Of a DNA stretch of 29,008 nucleotides, positions 25,267-29,008 are shown in pieces (the first letter of the stretch is position 1; each line of letters opens with the position of its first letter). Source of the stretch: an uncultured bacterium (GTDB taxonomy: Bacteria > Patescibacteriota > Dojkabacteria > SC72); assembly GCA_938015795.1 (NCBI GenBank), contig CALLXA010000080.1:1-29008 (forward strand). The letters run 5' to 3'. Under the pieces are notes generated by a model. The model made no database searches and was not told the DNA's origin. It was given only the letters and a program-made list of their open reading frames with translations. The position numbers and the translations under genes were made by a program.

Positions 25267-25647
25267 ATGGCAATATCTTATTTGTGTAAAATAGAGGGAA
25301 CAGATTTAACCCCATATCTAAAGACCTATGATGTTTCCTACGAGGAGATGTGGAGCGAAGCGAATAGAAATATGTCGGGTATGTTGAAAGCAAGTTACAT
25401 AGCTACTACTCCAAAGATATTCCTAGAGTTTAGACAAATGACCAAGGCAGAAATCTCAACTATTATGGGACTATTAGATAATCATAGTTTTACAGTCGCT
25501 TGGTATGATGAAACAGACGATACCTACAAACAAGACGAGTTCTATCGTGGAGAATTAAAGGTTGGTATTCGTGATTTGGATAGTGAGATGTATAAAGAAC
25601 TTTCTGTCAATCTAATAAGTTTTGGAACATTGGAGGCAAGTGCTTAA
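25267..25647 (+). CDS. Distal tail protein (Dit-like)
   Basis: Follows TMP; NRNMSGMLKA...FTVAWYD...FYRG; ends LEASA. Confidence 0.75.
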   Translation: MAISYLCKIEGTDLTPYLKTYDVSYEEMWSEANRNMSGMLKASYIATTPKIFLEFRQMTKAEISTIMGLLDNHSFTVAWYDETDDTYKQDEFYRGELKVGIRDLDSEMYKELSVNLISFGTLEASA

Positions 25648-27854
25648 TGTATGATATTACTAACGACTTCAAAACTGCTATAAAGGGAAACTCAAGGCAG
25701 ATTAAGGCAAGAATAGTAAACGGAGATGATACCATCAGCCAAGCAGACGACCTACAAAGCATAGAGATTACTTCCGAGGGTGGATTATGTAGAACAGTAA
25801 TGCGACAAGCAAAAGGGGTTTACTTCGGGACTCATACTATGTTAGGCAATACAGTATTTCTAGAAATGGGGGTAGTTCTTCCAGATACTTCTGTAGAATA
25901 TATCAATTACGGAGGCTTCAAAGTTACAGAGGTTACAGAAGACATAGGAGGGAAAATCTATACAGCAAAAATGTATGACCGAATGTATGAAGCACTTCAA
26001 CCATATGCTCTTACTCCTACATACCCTATAACAGTATTACAATTACTTCAAGCAATATGCACGGAATTGGGTTGGACACTTGCTACAACGACATTTGCTA
26101 ATAGTTCAATATCATTAACAGCCGAGTTGTTTACGGAATCACAAATGACATATAGGGATATTCTCAATATGATAGCAGAGGCTTCAGGAACAATTATGTT
26201 TTTCAATAAAGATGATGAGTTAGAGTTGAAAACGATAAGTGCTTCTGTTTTAGAAACTCTTAATCCATCAGAGTTATTAAACCTAAAGTTAGAACCAATT
26301 TACGGAGAACTAAACTCTCTAGTATTAAGCAGACAACCTCAAGAGGACAATGTAGTAGAAAAAGATGATGAAAGTATAGCTATTTATGGGCTTAATGAGT
26401 TTAAGATTGTAAATAATTATATTCTGGATTCTGACAGAGCTACATACATAACACCAATATTCACAGTATTAAACGGAATAAAGTATTATCCTTTCAAAGC
26501 AGATACAATAGGACTTGGGTATTACGAGGTTGGAGATAGAATAAAAGTCAAGGACTTGGGAGCAAACGAATACGAAGTCCTAGTAATGAATATATCTCTT
26601 AAAATATCTGGAGGATTAAGCGAGGTTTTAGAGTGTAAGATACCAGAAAAAACTTCAACCAATTATGACTATGCAGGAATAATAGGAAGAACAATTAAAC
26701 AAACGGAAATCAAAGTAGATAAACAGCAGGGAGAAATAGCAATATTATCGGAAGAAGTAGGAAATGCTTTAGTAGTTCCAAGACAGCCAGAGCCACCAGA
26801 AAGCCCAGATACAAACGATCTATGGCTAGATACTGACGACAATATCATTTACATTTATGATGGTGCTACTTGGCAACCGACTTCAATATCTCCAGACACC
26901 CTAGATGGATATTACACAAAAGAGCAGACAGAAGCAGAGATAAGTTTAACAGCAGACGAGATAAACCTATCCGTTGCTTCTACACAGGAAACTGCTTCAA
27001 CTGCACAAGCTCTAGCAGAAGAAAACAGCACGGACATTGAGTCCGTTCAGAGCAATATAACAGCCCTACAAATAGAAGTAGATGGACTAGATGTAAAAGT
27101 AGAAGGTATCGGTGGAACAAACCTATTAAAAAACAGTTCAGGACTCAAAGGAAGCATAGAGGAGTGGCAAGAGTTTGATGAGAACGGAGATTTACTAGAT
27201 GCCGATAATGATGGGACAGTAGTCCAAACGACTGATACAGAAGAAAATACCGAGAGTGGAGCAGGAATACAAATAGACGAACAATTTATAGTCCAAACGA
27301 TACCTACAATCATAGGAGGCTCTTACACTTTCTACTGTAGGTTTAAGAAGTTAAACGATTTGGATTTAACAATATCAGGAGTAGCCGAAATGATTCCTAT
27401 TACAGCAGGAGAATATGTTGATGAAACTTGGGCTGTATTCAAGACCACATTTATAGCAACGGATTCTACGACTACAATCAAGATAAGTAATACAGCAAGT
27501 GGAGTGGGTAGTTCTGGTTTACTTGCCGATATGGTTTGTAAGCTAGGAGAAGTAAATGGTTGGGTTCAAGCTCCAAATGAGGTTTACGGAAGAAACTTCA
27601 AGTTTGACAAGGACGGATTTTCAGTAACCTCTCTAACAGACGAGTTCAAAGCAGTTCTAGACAATATTAAGTTAGGCATATACGATACAAGTAGTGGAGT
27701 TGATAAAATAATGGCTCTATTCAGTAAAGATGCAGGACTAATAACAAAGCTAGTGGCACAAGACGAGTTTGTTCTCCAGAGGTATCAGAATAGTGCAAAA
27801 GCAGTAAGGTTCATACCTACTGCGACAGGCTGTATGATTACGGTAAACAACTAA
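25647..27854 (+). CDS. Tal/baseplate hub protein with coiled-coil and carbohydrate-binding-like extension
   Basis: Hub-like N-terminus (GLGYYEVGDRI), PEPPESPDTNDLWLDT linker, coiled coil, GGTNLLKNS start of a beta-sandwich module. Confidence 0.8.
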   Translation: MYDITNDFKTAIKGNSRQIKARIVNGDDTISQADDLQSIEITSEGGLCRTVMRQAKGVYFGTHTMLGNTVFLEMGVVLPDTSVEYINYGGFKVTEVTEDIGGKIYTAKMYDRMYEALQPYALTPTYPITVLQLLQAICTELGWTLATTTFANSSISLTAELFTESQMTYRDILNMIAEASGTIMFFNKDDELELKTISASVLETLNPSELLNLKLEPIYGELNSLVLSRQPQEDNVVEKDDESIAIYGLNEFKIVNNYILDSDRATYITPIFTVLNGIKYYPFKADTIGLGYYEVGDRIKVKDLGANEYEVLVMNISLKISGGLSEVLECKIPEKTSTNYDYAGIIGRTIKQTEIKVDKQQGEIAILSEEVGNALVVPRQPEPPESPDTNDLWLDTDDNIIYIYDGATWQPTSISPDTLDGYYTKEQTEAEISLTADEINLSVASTQETASTAQALAEENSTDIESVQSNITALQIEVDGLDVKVEGIGGTNLLKNSSGLKGSIEEWQEFDENGDLLDADNDGTVVQTTDTEENTESGAGIQIDEQFIVQTIPTIIGGSYTFYCRFKKLNDLDLTISGVAEMIPITAGEYVDETWAVFKTTFIATDSTTTIKISNTASGVGSSGLLADMVCKLGEVNGWVQAPNEVYGRNFKFDKDGFSVTSLTDEFKAVLDNIKLGIYDTSSGVDKIMALFSKDAGLITKLVAQDEFVLQRYQNSAKAVRFIPTATGCMITVNN

Positions 27855-27871
27855 TTTAGAGTAAAAACATA

Positions 27872-29008
27872 ATGTCATTAAGTGGAACAATAAGTGGTAG
27901 TTTTACAGGGGTAAGCACTAGTAATGCTAGACCTAAAATAAACTGGACAGCGACACAAAACATAGCAGGTAACTACTCTGATATTACAGCAACCCTAGTT
28001 TATTACAGATACGGAAGTTATTATGCCTACAATGGTTCTCACTCTGTTAGTTTGTCTATCAATGCGAATAACAATACTGGAAACTATGCATTTGATTTAA
28101 GAGGCACAGCACCTCTATCCGATACAATACGAAGTAGGACAGTCCGAGTTTACCATAATGCAGACGGAACAAAGTCCTGCAATATATCTTTCTCTTGTGA
28201 TACAGATACAAGTTTTGGCACAGGTAGTGCAAGTGCGACAGTTACATTAGACACCATACCTCGTGCAGCTACAATAACAAGCACCCTAGCCCATACCATA
28301 GGAGGCAACCTTGCCTATACATTAACCAATCTAGGGAGTTTCTATGTAAAATTAGTCCTACTCGTTTGGAACGGAACAGAATATGTAGAAGTCATTAGTT
28401 CAGAAAGAGGGACAGGGACAAGTGGTGAAATAGAGCTAGGAGCTACGGAAAACAATATTATGTATGAAGCAATGCCAAATGTAACGAGCAGAGCAGGAAT
28501 ATTAAGAGCCTATACCTATTCGGATAGTGGATATACAACTCAAGTAGGAAGTTACCAAGACAAAGCAGGAACGATATCAATAAATCAAGCTACTAACAAG
28601 CCTACATTTACTACATTTACAGTTGGAAACCTAGACAAGACAATAGCAAATACCGATAAGTATTCAAATGTTCTAGTAAGCAGTTCAACTTCAACCCTAC
28701 TAGGTGCAGATACTAAAATGATTAAGGGATATTCAAAGTTAAGAGCTGTCATTACAAGTGCAAACAAAATGGTGGCTCTCAATTATGCGACATCAGTTAA
28801 GTATAGGTTCATAGTAGGAAGTGCATACAAGGAAGAAAACTATTCGGCAGATTCTACTGTCAATCTAGATGTGGACAATGCCACTACGAATTCGGTATCA
28901 GTAACAGCATACGATTCCAGAAGTCTAACAACCCTAGTCGCAGATGCTAGTTCCATCACAAACAATGCGAACTATGTTCCTGTATCGCTTTGGGGATTAA
29001 CATTAACC
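27872..29008 (+). CDS. Siphovirus DUF859-like tail/baseplate protein (3'-truncated)
   Basis: Open 379 codons to the window end: NWTATQNIAGNYSDIT...VYHNADGTKS...VTLDTIPRA; absent from the track because it has no stop. Confidence 0.8.
   Translation, partial: MSLSGTISGSFTGVSTSNARPKINWTATQNIAGNYSDITATLVYYRYGSYYAYNGSHSVSLSINANNNTGNYAFDLRGTAPLSDTIRSRTVRVYHNADGTKSCNISFSCDTDTSFGTGSASATVTLDTIPRAATITSTLAHTIGGNLAYTLTNLGSFYVKLVLLVWNGTEYVEVISSERGTGTSGEIELGATENNIMYEAMPNVTSRAGILRAYTYSDSGYTTQVGSYQDKAGTISINQATNKPTFTTFTVGNLDKTIANTDKYSNVLVSSSTSTLLGADTKMIKGYSKLRAVITSANKMVALNYATSVKYRFIVGSAYKEENYSADSTVNLDVDNATTNSVSVTAYDSRSLTTLVADASSITNNANYVPVSLWGLTLT

Larger units (their letters stand above)
1..29008 (+). mobile_element. 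Tailed dsDNA phage (siphovirus morphotype), partial genome
   Basis: Complete collinear head-neck-tail module, terminase, lysis and replication genes; all genes co-oriented; no host housekeeping genes. Confidence 0.96.

Noticed and set aside
448-28782. All minus-strand ORFs in the track (for example 4043-4294, 12254-12649, 13044-13439, 23902-24303, 24748-25209)
   Set aside because: They lie antisense to well-supported + genes, are Ser/Leu/Phe-rich mirror translations of A-rich coding DNA, and show no motifs or initiation signals.
1-29008. Stop-codon reassignment (code 4/25/15)
   Set aside because: TAA, TAG and TGA all end genes cleanly, with frequent ATGA couplings and full-length conserved proteins under code 11.
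1-29008. tRNA genes, introns/inteins, att sites, diversity-generating retroelement
   Set aside because: No cloverleaf, no interrupted TerL/portal/MCP, no integrase or reverse transcriptase, and no template/variable repeat pair seen.

Overview
The whole window is part of one AT-rich, tailed dsDNA siphophage genome with SPP1-like morphogenesis genes. Every credible gene is on the + strand. Gene order: lysis cassette (holin-like proteins, M23 endolysin), HNH, a glycosyltransferase cluster (GT-B, Maf/DUF115-like, gp88-like), a replication initiator with an internal iteron origin, many small early genes (SprT-like, Rad52-like, Zn-finger/HNH-repeat, PD-(D/E)xK-like), a ParB-like gene plus a TAGT-like glycosyltransferase, terminase, portal, head, neck, tail (with a -1 frameshifted chaperone), tape measure, Dit, Tal and a truncated DUF859-like tail gene. 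No integrase, repressor, tRNA or CRISPR array is visible. Three signals stand out. (1) Major capsid, tail tube and Dit share a C-terminal (A/E)-(V/A)-S-A end in a phage encoding three glycosyltransferase-like proteins, suggesting a virion O-glycosylation system. (2) A TAA(G/C/T)TT hexamer sits about 20 nt upstream of roughly 24 start codons, largely in place of Shine-Dalgarno sites. (3) GATC, GTAC and CATG are almost absent. Family assignments come from motif recognition by eye, not database searches.
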